The notes under the pieces were generated by a model. That model did not search any database. It saw only the letters and a list, made by a program, of their open reading frames with translations, and was not told where the DNA came from. A stretch of DNA of 64,000 nucleotides, taken from the NCBI GenBank assembly GCA_964016885.1, contig OZ024750.1:40300001-40364000 (forward strand). The letters are read 5' to 3'. Shown here piece after piece: positions 35,078 through 46,781 of this stretch. Every line of letters begins with the position of its first letter. Positions within the stretch are counted from its first letter, which is position 1. The stretch is from Eledone cirrhosa. Its lineage: Eukaryota. A program made the position numbers and the translations under genes.

Positions 35078-36380
35078 AGTCTCTTGGTGAGGAGGGTGAC
35101 TTTGAACATCCTGCAGGATGTGCTACTGGTGCTACAGGATGTGCTATTGGTGCTACTGGTAACATGTATCCCAGTACAACCTGACCCATGGTCGGGTCGT
35201 TGGCGACTAAACTGGCAACCCCACCAAGGTTTCTTGGTGAGGAGGGTGACTTTGGACATCCTGCAGGACTAAAAACAAAACCTGTCAAAGGGCAAAAGAG
35301 CTCTTAAGAGTCAATGGCCATCCAAAATCACCAGGAGAGATGACCCTTAGCCTTTGTCAAGGCAGAATTCTAGGAGAAGGAAAACTCTGATGTAACACCT
35401 GCAACCCTGATGGTATTCAATGATGTTGACTTGTTCTTCTTTTTGGTAAATATCATCTTGGTTAAGAGAGTGGGACTGGCTTTGTGCAGTGCCTTTGCTC
35501 ACTATAAAAGCTTCACGGCACAGGCATTGCTTTATATCTGGAGATCTCTCTGCACTTGTCGTCACATGGTACCATGGGCCCAGCACTATGTGTCAATAAT
35601 TGTCACAAGTGTAGTGTTTGTACCAGAGTTTTCAAGTCGCTGGCTGGACTGAAAAGTCACACTCGTTCAGCGCATCGGTAGGGGTTCTCCTACATGGATA
35701 TAAAGTAGTGGCCGTACTCGAAAACGAGTTGGCAGCCACCATATATGTAAGTATGTATATGAGTACATACAGTCAGAACCGAGCAGTGTAAAGTCCTAGA
35801 GGAGTCTACAGTTGTCATGTATGTGCCAGAGGGTGCAAATCTTTGGCTGGTTTAAAGAGCCACATTCGTGCCTCACATTTTTAGCACTTTATCAGACGAT
35901 GGCAATGCTCGAACACGAGTTTTGCAGCCATCATATATATATGTATGTATGCATGTTATGTCGGGTCACTCTTGAGTGCTACTGGTAACATGTAACCCAG
36001 TACAACCTGTCACATGGTCGGGTCGTCGGCGACTAAACCGACAACCCCACCAAGTTTACTTGGTGAGGCGGGTGATTTTGGACACCCTGCAGGACAAAAA
36101 ACAAAACCTAACAAAGAGCGGAAGAACTCATAAGAGTCAACGGCCATCCGAAAGTGTGTAAATATGTATATAGACATGTACCGCGCGGTTAAACCACTGG
36201 GAGTGAAGGACCCCTAGCCTTTGTCAGGGCATTTTTCTAGGAGAAGGCAACTCAGGAAACTGGCAAAACTCCGATATAAAACCTGATGTTGATAGCTACT
36301 GTCGCTCAGAGAGTGAGATTGGTTCAGTACACAGTCTTTCCTCACTTTAAAAAATATCTTCACGCACAGGCATTGCACGA
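35078..36380 (+). mobile_element. Two diverged copies of an unclassified interspersed repeat (RTE 5' UTR-like)
   Basis: GTGCTACTGGTAACATGT...CATGGTCGGGTCGT.GGCGACTAAAC...CTAGGAGAAGG..AACTC at about 35150-35400 and 35976-36285. Confidence 0.55.
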
Positions 36381-36389
36381 TTGAATTAA

Positions 36390-36575
36390 TTAATTGTTTC
36401 TACTTTTGGCACAAGGCCAGCAATTACTCAGTGCATTACAGGTACTTTATAATATCGACCCTGTAAGGATGAAAGGCAAAGTTAACCTCGGCGGGATTTG
36501 AACTCCGATTGGAAAGGGCCGTAACTCTATGCATCAAAGCATGGCGTCCGACCCTCTACCGATACTGCCAATCCA
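36390..36575 (-). mobile_element. SINE family 1
   Basis: Reverse-complement SINE, flanked by GAATTAATTAAT on both sides. Confidence 0.88.
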
Positions 36576-36675
36576 TAGAATTAATTAATAATTATTAATA
36601 ATGGTATATCGTGCAATGGCCATACTCGATAACGAGGGGGAAACCATCATGTATGTATGTATGTATGTATGTATG

Positions 36676-36706
<31 letters not shown>

Positions 36707-36722
36707 GTATTATGTATGTATG

Positions 36723-38586
36723 TTGTTCTGGTTTTATAATTTCACAAATTTTTTGCCACTAGAGAGAGAGTCGGTTTCTAACATAGACACAAGGCTCTCT
36801 CATTGGAATTTACACAACATCAACTAGGTAGATATGTCTGCATGTCTATATGTATGCATGCATGTGTAGATATGGATGTTATTGTATGTGTGGATGTGTA
36901 TGTTGTGAGTTGTATGTGTGCATCTGTATATGCAGTTATTAGATGCAACATTTTTGGAATGTTTTACATATTTTTACTGTTCCATTATTGGATTGTACTT
37001 GCAATTTCCTAACTAGTTGTGTTCTTTCTGTTTCTGTGAAGCCTAGCTTCTCAAGATTTGTATTGAGGCAGTTACTAACATACCCCAGTGCCCCGATAAT
37101 CACAGGCATAAATCTGAAGGTATAATCAGGGTGAAGTATCTGCAGATTTCTCATGAAGCCCAGCTTCTCAAGATTTGTATTGAGGCAGTTACTAACATAC
37201 CCCAGTGCCCCGATAATCACAGGCATAAATCTGAAGGTATAATCAGGGTGAAGTATCTGCAGATTTCTCATGAAGCCCAGCTTCTCAAGATTTGTATTGA
37301 GGCAGTTACTAACATACCCCAGTGCCCCGATAATCACAGGCATAAATCTGAAGGTATAATCAGGGTGAAGTATCTGCAGATTTCTCATGAAGCCCAGCTT
37401 CTCAAGATTTGTATTGAGGCAGTTACTAACATACCCCAGTGCCCCGATAATCACAGGCATAAATCTGAAGGTATAATCAGGGTGAAGTATCTGCAGATTT
37501 CTCATGAAGCCCAGCTTCTCAAGATTTGTATTGAGGCAGTTACTAACATATCCCAGTGCCCCGATAATCACAGGCATAAATCTGAAGGTATAATCAGGGT
37601 GAAGTATCTGCAGATTTCTCATGAAGCCCAGCTTCTCAAGATTTGTATTGAGGCAGTTACTAACATACCCCAGTGCCCCGATAATCACAGGCATAAATCT
37701 GAAGGTATAATCAGGGTGAAGTATCTGCAGATTTCTCATGAAGCCCAGCTTCTCAAGATTTGTATTGAGGCAGTTACTAACATACCCCAGTGCCCCGATA
37801 ATCACAGGCATAAATCTGAAGGTATAATCAGGGTGAAGTATCTGCAGATTTCTCATGAAGCCCAGCTTCTCAAGATTTGTATTGAGGCAGTTACTAACAT
37901 ACCCCAGTGCCCCGATAATCACAGGCATAAATCTGAAGGTATAATCAGGGTGAAGTATCTGCAGATTTCTCATGAAGCCCAGCTTCTCAAGATTTGTATT
38001 GAGGCAGTTACTAACATATCCCAGTGCCCCGATAATCACAGGCATAAATCTGAAGGTATAATCAGGGTGAAGTATCTGCAGATTTCTCATGAAGCCCGGC
38101 TTCTCAAGATTTGTATTGAGGCAGTTACTAACATACCCCAGTGCCCCGATAATCACAGGCATAAATCTGAAGGTATAATCAGGGTGAAGTATCTGCAGAT
38201 TTCTCATGAAGCCCAGCTTCTCAAGATTTGTATTGAGGCAGTTACTAACATACCCCAGTGCTCCAATAATCACAGCCATAAATCTGAAGGTATAATCAGG
38301 GTGGAGTATCTGCAGATTTCTCATGAAGCCCAGCTTCTCAAGATTTGTATTGAGGCAGTTACTAACATATCCCAGTGCTCCAATAATCACAGGCATAAAT
38401 CTGAAGGTATAATCAGGGTGGAGTATCTGCAGATTTCTCATGAAGCCCAGCTTCTCAAGATTTGTATTGAGGCAGTTACTAACATATCCCAGTGCTCCAA
38501 TAATCACAGCCATAAATCTGAAGGTATAATCAGGGTGGAGTATCTGCAGATTTCTCATCAGTTCTGCATAAATATTCTCCTTTTGC
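36723..38586 (-). mobile_element. 3' fragment of another R4/Dong-like element with internal 117-bp tandem amplification
   Basis: KENIYAELMRNLQILHPDYTFRFMPVIIGALG...GTVKICKTF is homologous to the C-terminus of ORF 33661-34332; flanked by (TATG)n. Confidence 0.85.
37038..38558 (-). repeat. 117-bp (39-codon) tandem repeat, 13 copies
   Basis: 13 x MRNLQILHPDYTFRFMPVIIGALGYVSNCLNTNLEKLGF in the ORF track. Confidence 0.97.
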
Positions 38587-38772
38587 ATGTATGTATGTGC
38601 AATCTGTAAGAGATTCTGCTTCAGCAAGGCTGGTAAGAAAAGCCATCTTGGCAGAGTCATGAATAAAGAACTCCTGCAGATTACCACAACGCCATTGCCG
38701 GAAATACAACGCACACACATAGAACCTGTGTCAAAGAGTGCAGATCAGCTGGTGGCCTAAAATGGTACATTA

Positions 38773-39194
38773 ACCCCTTCTGGCATTTAAACCAGCTGTA
38801 TCCAGCCAGAATTCTCTCACCTCGTTCTGTTCAAATCGGCTACAACCAGCCCCTCATACTGATGTTACGGTATTGTTCTCAAAATAAATATCAAACTCTC
38901 ATAGATTCGATATTATGTGAGATAAAGACTTTATCGCGAACATTCAATAGTAAATATAGAGTAATGTAAATGTTGTGAGATATTATGTGAGGTAAAGCCT
39001 TTACTGTGAAAATATAATAGTATATATAGAGTAATATAAATGTTATGTGAGATATTATGTGAGGTAAAGCCTTTACTGTGAAAATACAATAGTATATATA
39101 GAGTAATGTGAATGTTATGTGAGATATTATGTGAGATAAAGACTTTATCGCGAAAATTCAATAGTAAATATAGAGTAATGTGAATACTAAAGGG
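38773..39194 (+). mobile_element. piggyBac-type MITE, LINE-free, with about 4 internal 72-bp-type units
   Basis: TTAA|CCCCTT ... TAAAGGG|TTAA; internal units match the reverse complement of the 3561-5617 array. Confidence 0.88.
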
Positions 39195-39848
39195 TTAACG
39201 TGGATAATAACCCTCACGAGGCCGATAATGTTATATCGAGAGCATTCCATACTTGCCATATCTGTACAAAACCCTGTAAGTCACTTGCAGGCCTAAAAAG
39301 TAGTATCTGTTCACAAAAACCAGGGTAATGCTGAGGGCGTGTTTACTTGTCTCATCATTTTCTGTTGGCCCTTGTTGTGTGTGACCGATTGCAGACTTGT
39401 CAACTCTCCCCGTCGGGTGGGTGAGATATGTCTGCGATTGACGCACGTGGTGGTGAATTGAGGGTTGCTTTTGTTTGTTTATTTCTTTATTTGTTTTCTT
39501 TCCTCTTCTTTTTCTCTCGCTTTTGTAATATACGTTCGTACATTACATTTGTGAAGTTCCTAGCAATAATCCATGTCGGTAAAGATATGTTTGATCATCG
39601 CATCTTTGTTTAATTCCAGGGAGTATTTTGTCCAATATAACCTTCGGGTGATTTGAGGAAAATTTATTAGTTATTTCAAGTAGGTTGAGTGTCCACGTGG
39701 ATGTCCCCTAATTAGCTGGCAACTAACTTAGTAATCAGTCTGTAGAGTGTTTCCGAGTCGGAAGCCATGTTGTTCAGCTCCCAGTAAACGAGTTCCTGTC
39801 TCAAATATCTAAGTTGACTGCATATCTCTCAATCAGGTTTATTATCTT

Positions 39849-39960
<112 letters not shown>

Positions 39961-40603
39961 CATACATTATTTCTTTTTCGTCCTATGACTTCCGTCTGGC
40001 CTCCTGTTTCACGTTCCCTACTTCGTAGTGTTGTAAGATTATGTGGTGTCAAAGTTCACAGACTGACGTTATTTTGTAGAGGGAGTCTCTAATGGGGACT
40101 AGAGTCCCTCCTCTCCCATCACTTCTGAAGTCATCAAGTCATTAAAAACAAATATACCTCACTATTTCTTCCGGCTCACTAGTTTCTGATTTCAAATCCC
40201 AGCTTGATCAATTTTGGTTTTCATCTTTTTGAGGTCGATAAATAAAGTTCCAGTCCACTCCAGTCCAGTCCAGTCCAATATTAGAGTTGGTTCTTCTTCT
40301 CCCCTCCCTTACCCTTTTTCTCTTTCGAAATGACAGTCTGTGGTCTGTGGAGAGGGAGCCACGTAAGGTGGGATGGCTGTTGTAGCGAGTGTCTCTGGCA
40401 ATTCTCTGCGGTAACGCCTTTACCATTTTGTCTGCGGGGTGTGACTGAGGCATCGCCCAGACTGGAGGGTAGTGCCCCCCCCCCCATCTCCCTTCCCTTC
40501 ACTACTTGGTTATTTTTTCTTTTTCTTTTTTTCATTTCATTTTTTTTTCGTCCTCTTTAATAGTGTTTTTGTTTTTGTATAAACAACTTTGTAAAATCGA
40601 CAG

Positions 40604-40735
40604 TTATTTTATCGATCCCGTAAGGATGAAAGGCAAAGCAAACCTCAGCGTAATTTGAATTCAGAATGTAAAGGTCCGTAACTATATGCCACAATGTATA
40701 CCCAGCACTCTAGCGACTCAGCTAATCCACCGCCA
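40604..40735 (-). mobile_element. Partial SINE family 1
   Basis: TTTTATCGATCCCGTAAGGATGAAAGGCAAAG...AATCCACCGCC. Confidence 0.75.
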
Positions 40736-40789
40736 TGAGCAGATTTATAGTAAAAAGCAGCATTGTCGTAACCATCTATTCTTTATATA

Positions 40790-41716
40790 TCTATCTAGGG
40801 CGGGGAAAATTTCCGAGATCCATCGACGAGTTCTCTCCAGCGGTCTCTGTCCCTCATCATCGTTGCCATGTCCTGCGTCTCCAAGAGACCAGTGTCTGTC
40901 CTTAGGGCATCAACATACGTCAACCTCGGTCTCCCTCTTCCAGTGTGTCCATTCAGGGGCTCCCACAGGAGCACTGAGTGTAGTGTCAACTCTGGATGTC
41001 GGTGATCATGTCCAGCTAACCTCAGTCTCTTCTGTGTCACTCTCGAGCTGACTTTTGGGAGGCTCCGTACAGCTCTGAGTTCTTCATCCTCAGTGTATAC
41101 TGATTAATGTTCAGAGCCATCCCCAGCATTCTCGTGTAGCACCCATCCACCATCTGAGTGAGTTTCTTGGTCAGTGTCCAAATCTCAGACCCGTACAGCA
41201 GCACAGACTCTACTACAACAACGAAGAGACGTATCTTCAGGTGTTTACGAAGGTCCGACTTCCACACCGATCTCAAACTGTGGCATGCCGCCCAGGCTTT
41301 GCTCTTCCTCTCGACCACATCATCTTTCATCTTCTGTATTCCCAATCTTTGCTCCCAGATACAGGAAGTCCACAACCAATTCTAGAGGAAAATGTGGCGG
41401 AATACTGTTCTGAACACAGAACCATACAACTATTTCAGTACACTGGGCAGTGGCCACCGGCTTGTTATGAGTGTGGTCCGGGTGAGCTTAAGAAAGAGCA
41501 AAGCTCAGCCCCGGAGAGCAATCTATGACTGGGGAGCTTTCAAGGAAGATGATAAGTTACAGGAGAGGTCCACAGTAGAAGTGAGGAACAGGTTCGGTGC
41601 TCTGTGTGAAGAGGCAGAGGACAGAGAGATTGGAGGGACAGAGAAGAGTGTGACGAGGAGGTACGGGTACTTCACAAATGCAGTGGCAAAAGCAAGTGAG
41701 ACCCTGGTGCCGAGGA
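40790..41716. pseudogene. RTE-group LINE remnant: 3' RT end on minus (40790-41375) joined to an inverted APE-end fragment on plus (about 41440-41716)
   Basis: VESVLLYGSEIWTLTK, RLRLAGH..HPE, GRGRPRLTYVDAL..DRDRW on minus; SGHRLV(=SDHRLV)...VEVRNRF on plus. Confidence 0.75.
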
Positions 41717-41825
41717 GCCTCTTCCTGCTATATCAAGCGTTAACCTAATATATCCCTTCCATATACTGTACCGATTGTGTTGTTATTTCTGTTTAACTTT
41801 TACACACATATATATATATATATAT

Positions 41826-42159
41826 GGAAAAGAATGAAACGAAATTTCATTTCTCACTCTTAGTACGGCTGATACCTAAATATAAGTATGTATACGTACA
41901 TACATATATGTGTACAGACATACAGTAGTATGTATATATATATATATACATATATATATAGGAACGAGTAGGACCCCGACGGCTGAGCTCAAGCCGTTTC
42001 GACGGCTAATTCTGGACTAATGCGTCCAGAATTAGCCGTCGAAACGGCTTGAGCTCAGCCGTCGGGGTCCTACTCGTTCCTATTACCCACTCTACTACCC
42101 TAAGTATTGAGTACTTTGGTGCGTTATGGTCCACCTGGTTCCTTACCACATTTCCCTCG

Positions 42160-42221
<62 letters not shown>

Positions 42222-42694
42222 GCACACATATATATATATGTACGTATGGGTTTACCGAACATTTATTATAATGCTCGGTTTGCTTGTAAACAAACACCCC
42301 GAATTACGCCGTACAGTGCTCGGCAACCATCGTCGCCCTTTTGTTCAACACTGACACAGGAACAATGTACTAGTTTCAAGCTTATTAGCTATCGTCAGCA
42401 TCGTATACCTTTCTGTCAGAATGATTAAACGTTTGAAAGTATGTACTTTCCTTATGCATATTAATGGCTGAGCAGCCTAATCTGCATATCGAGTGAGTTA
42501 GTCGGCCGAACAAAAAGGTGACGTGGTTGCCTAAACACTGTACGGCGTAATTCGGGCTGTTTGTTTGTTTACAAACAAACAAACCGAGCATTATAATAAA
42601 TGTTCGGTAAACGGATACGTGCATATATATATGTGTGCATGTGTGTATATATATACATACTACTGTACGTCTGTATACATATATGTATGTACGT

Positions 42695-42700
<6 letters not shown>
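41826..42700 (-). mobile_element. Hammerhead-bearing non-autonomous element (family H) with terminal inversion (42508-42700), interrupted by family P insertion (41960-42162)
   Basis: Homologous to 52630-53215; 42508-42700 is the reverse complement of the family's left part. Confidence 0.8.
42351..42419 (-). ncRNA. Type I hammerhead ribozyme
   Basis: Minus strand: ACGAUG-CUGACGA-U-AGCU-AAUA-AGCU-U-GAAA-C-UA-GUA^-CAUUGU; stem I extended by CUGACA/UGUCAG; palindromic ACUAGU stem III. Confidence 0.8.
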
Positions 42701-42752
<52 letters not shown>

Positions 42753-43303
42753 AATTAATTACATTATCTCTATATATATATATATATATATCCAATTAAT
42801 TACATTATCTATCAGTAGAGTAGAATTTGAAGGAGATTTGGCTGCTATTTCTAGTAGTCGAGCTACCACGACGAAATCCTGGCCACTTTCAAATCTGAAA
42901 TCGCCCTCATCCCTAACGAAATCACAAAGACCCGACCAAAACAGTGATCTAATATAAGTGACATATCTATAAATGTCACCAGAGAAATACTCTCGGGTCT
43001 CCAATAACCCCCCCCCCCCCCCACTCCATCACTTATTCATTTTTGCTAATCTATCTCCGGCGAAATTTTATTTTATGTGGTAGCATTCTTGAGGCAATTT
43101 ATTTTCTTTATATATTACATGACAAAAAAGTAGATTACTACAAATACCATACGTTGTAAAATAATAATTGTTTCTACTTTTGGAACAAGCCAGCAATTAC
43201 CCCGATGCATTACTGGTACTTTATTCTATCAACCCAGTAAGGATGAAAGGGAAATTTTTGTAAAATAATAAATATGTAAACTAAATGACTAATTCTGTTT
43301 TTT

Positions 43304-43336
<33 letters not shown>

Positions 43337-43978
43337 GTTTATTAAAAATCAACGGAGACAGACAACCTGGAAAAATTACCGATTTTCCAGCCTCCACTTA
43401 TTTCACACTCCCCCCTATTAGTTGGGACCCGAGAGTACAACATGGAAGTGAAGAAGTGAATGGTACATGGGGGGGGGGGGTCTCAGTGTCCCTTAGTTTG
43501 GAAGGAACAGGAAGTGTTTTCTAGTGTATACCCTGTAATTTCCAGCAACCTATCTGACCGACAACTTCCATATGGATGTTAAGACAGTTATATTTCCTGC
43601 CTGCTGAAATAATTAAATCACCTCTTTAGCTTCTCTCTGTTTTTAGAGCCCGGATTTAATAAGGGTTTCTTGTTGTTGCTTTTTAATAGCTTAGTCAGAA
43701 AGAAGGGGCTGTATTTCTGACCTTTGCAGGTTCCCTGAAACTGGTGAGACTGATGTGGTTTATATTTAGCTTGAAATATATCTAGGGAAAAGGTGGGCGG
43801 GAAGGGAACTCCAGAAAGTTGACATTCTGAAGTAGAATATTTGAACGAAGTGGTTAGTACGGAGTGAGTGTATGATGAGACGCAAGGGGTGGAAACACTG
43901 ATGGTATAGGTAGGTTTGTATAGAACTGATGTGTTTAGTTAAGAGCTACAGTGACTGTAGTAGAAGTAGAATAGCCAG

Positions 43979-44332
43979 TGAAGGCTCATGGCTTAGGGGT
44001 TAGAGCATTGGGCTTGCAATCGGAAGGTTGTGAGTTCGATTCTCGTCTCGGACCGGGTGATGTGTTGTGTTCTTGACCAAGACACTTTATTTCACATTGC
44101 TCCAGTTTACTCAGCTGTAGAAATGAGTTGTGATGTCACTGGTGTCAAGCTGTATCGACCATAGCCTTTCCCTTGGACAACATCGGTGGAGTGAAGAGGG
44201 GAGGCTGGTATACATGGGTGACTGTTTGTTTTCCACAAACAACCTTGCCTGGACTTGTGCCTCGGGGGGGGGGGGGGGGACTTTCTAGGTGTAAATCCCG
44301 TGATCATTCGTGAGCGAATGGGGTCTTTACCC
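43979..44332 (+). mobile_element. tRNA-derived SINE family 2 (CORE-like central domain)
   Basis: A box TGGCTTAGGGG, B box GAGTTCGATTC, TGTGTTCTTGACCAAGACACTT; 12-bp TSD TAGAATAGCCAG (43967-43978, 44333-44344). Confidence 0.85.
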
Positions 44333-44959
44333 TAGAATAGCCAGAAGGAGGAGGAAAGAATTATGTGAGCCAGAGGTTATTGTGTCCTAAGGAGTTCTCT
44401 TGTCTGGAAGCTGATGAGTACAGGGGCGGTGGAAGCATTTCTGAATGGGGGTGGGGCTGGAAATTTGGTCAATTTAATTGTAGTGATTAGTATAGCTCTT
44501 TGCGAGTGGTCAGAAAACTTCGATATGCGATCGATGAACATAACATGTACATAAATTGTAGTCCATATACAAATAGATGTGTGTTTTGGTAGTTTGGTGA
44601 GAAAAATATAATTATTGGATGGTGTAGGGCCCCCACCCCCCACCCCCACCCCCGTTCCACCGTCCCTGGAGTAGGTTATCTCGTGACCCTAGAGGACAGA
44701 ACGGAGTCAACGTTACCCCGGGGAGATGGCGAGGGAGACGCGTTAGACTAGCCATTCCAGGGCTCGCTTCTAGTAAGGAGTAAGAGGGATGGTCCGTGGC
44801 GGCAGGGGTCTCTCAAATCCTCAGAAATTTCTACTGCTACGGATTCAACCCCAAACGTATCGCATAAGCTGCTGGTATTTCGACAGTTTGACTGCCTTTA
44901 GCGTGAGGTGTAGTGTGAGGTGTAGTGAGGCCTGGATGTAGGAGAAAGTGTCACTTGAG

Positions 44960-45813
44960 AAGAAGGTGGTGGTGGTGGTGATGGGTGTTTGTTTTGCAGG
45001 TGTTTTAAGTCATGCTTTTTATGTACACAGCAATGGAATTCACATGGTGGTGGTGGTCGCCGTCGTCGTGTTGATGGTGGTGGTGGTGGTGGTGGTGGTG
45101 GTGGTGGTGGTGGGTCTTCGTGATAGTGGTCGTGGTTGTGGTGGTGGAGGGCCTTGGTGGTGGTGGTGATGGTGGTGGTGGTGATGTGGTGGTGGTGGTG
45201 GTGGTGGTGGTGGTGGTGATGGGTCTTCGTGATAGTGGTGGTGGTGGTGGTGGTGGTGGTGGTGGTGGTGGTGGTGGTGGTGGTGGGTCTTCGTGATAGT
45301 GGTCGTGGTTGTGGTGGTGGAGGGCCTTGGTGGTGGTGGTGGTGGTGGTGGTGGTGATGTGGTGGTGGTGGTGGTGATGGGTCTTAGTGGTGGTGTTGGT
45401 GGTGGTGATGTGGTGGTGGTGGTGGTGGTGGTGGTGGTGATGGGTCTTAGTGGTGGTGTTGGTGATGGTGATGTGGTGGTCGTAGTGGATGGTGTGTGTG
45501 TGTGTGTGTATGGGGGGGGGGTTGTATTTGTGGTTGTGGGCTTTGAATGTGTGAGGAATTTAAATATGGCGGCCCATTAAGATCTCAAATATCGAACGTG
45601 GTCATCACAACAAAATGACATGCAATAAAAGCCGAAAACCCCGCACAAAAAAAACAACAAAAAAATAGTTAATTGTTTTAGTTTGAAGAAAGGTAACTGT
45701 GTGGTTCTCACCTCTGTTTCAGTCAAGTTCCCTCCTACTCCTACTCCTCCCCCTCCTCATCGTCATCATCATCATCGTCATCATCATCATCATCATCGTC
45801 ATCATCATCATCG

Positions 45814-45850
<37 letters not shown>

Positions 45851-46170
45851 TGCCGTCATCATTATCATCATCATCATCATGTTGACTCGCTTCCATGTTG
45901 TTTACAGGTTGTATTGTAGGTAGAAGATTGATTGCAGAGAGGAGTGAGGGGGGGGGGAGAAGATGTGGTGATAGATAGATAGATAGATAGATAGAGAGAT
46001 AGAGAGATAGAGAGAGAGAGAATGAGTAAGTGAGTCCCGGAAAGAAAGAGTGAGAGAAATAGCGAGAATGAGTAAGTGATAAATATAGAGAGAGTAGCAG
46101 AAGTGTTGAGAGAGAGAGAGATAGATAGATAGATAGACACACAGATAGATAGATAGATAGAGAGAGAGAG
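44960..46170. repeat. Simple repeats: (GGT)n 44960-45490, (CAT)n 45757-45880, (GATA)/(GA)n 45970-46170
   Basis: Direct inspection. Confidence 0.92.
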
Positions 46171-46481
46171 ACCTTGAATGATGTTTTCTGAGACTATGTT
46201 TACGATAAGACAGACTGTTTGATAGTGAAATAGATAAATATAGAGATATATAAAATGATACATTGGAGTTAGTGTGGAAGTAGATAAAAGATAATACAAG
46301 TGATAGTACTTAACTAAATATTAACAGCACCGAACTCTCCAGCCTGAGAGGTTCTGAAAAAGCCACGATGACACGGCCCTCCTCTATATTTACCCCGTCA
46401 CACATGACTGGACATTCACATGCTGAGACCCCTATTTAAAAAAATTGTAATAATTATTTTTTAAATTAATGTTAATGATAG

Positions 46482-46524
<43 letters not shown>

Positions 46525-46781
46525 TTTCATTTATTGGCCACAAGGGCCGACATATAGGGGACAACACAATAGACAGGGACAGTGGGGGTTTACATAGAGA
46601 TCGAGTAAGTATAAATAACAAAAAAACAAAAACAAAATAACAATAAAAATACAACAATGAAAGTTCCCCAATAAGAGGGATCACCACCCAGGGTTGACTC
46701 AAGCACCCCACCAGTCCTGAGCCACCCGACGCTCCTAGGGCACCCGGGAAGGGCACCCCTCTCCTTCTCGAATTCACCAGC

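Noticed and set aside
36939-38720. 593-aa repeat protein as a host gene
   Set aside because: The repeat is a retrotransposon C-terminal fragment; the N-terminal part crosses the (CATA)n flank and starts at a non-ATG codon.
43979-44050. tRNA gene (also the SINE family 1 heads)
   Set aside because: A/B boxes are present but there is no clean cloverleaf; the sequence continues into a SINE body with a TSD.
43690-44600. Very decayed LINE RT 3' fragment around SINE family 2
   Set aside because: Only a faint LFY..Y.HCSS-like trace on minus; too degenerate to call a clade or boundaries.
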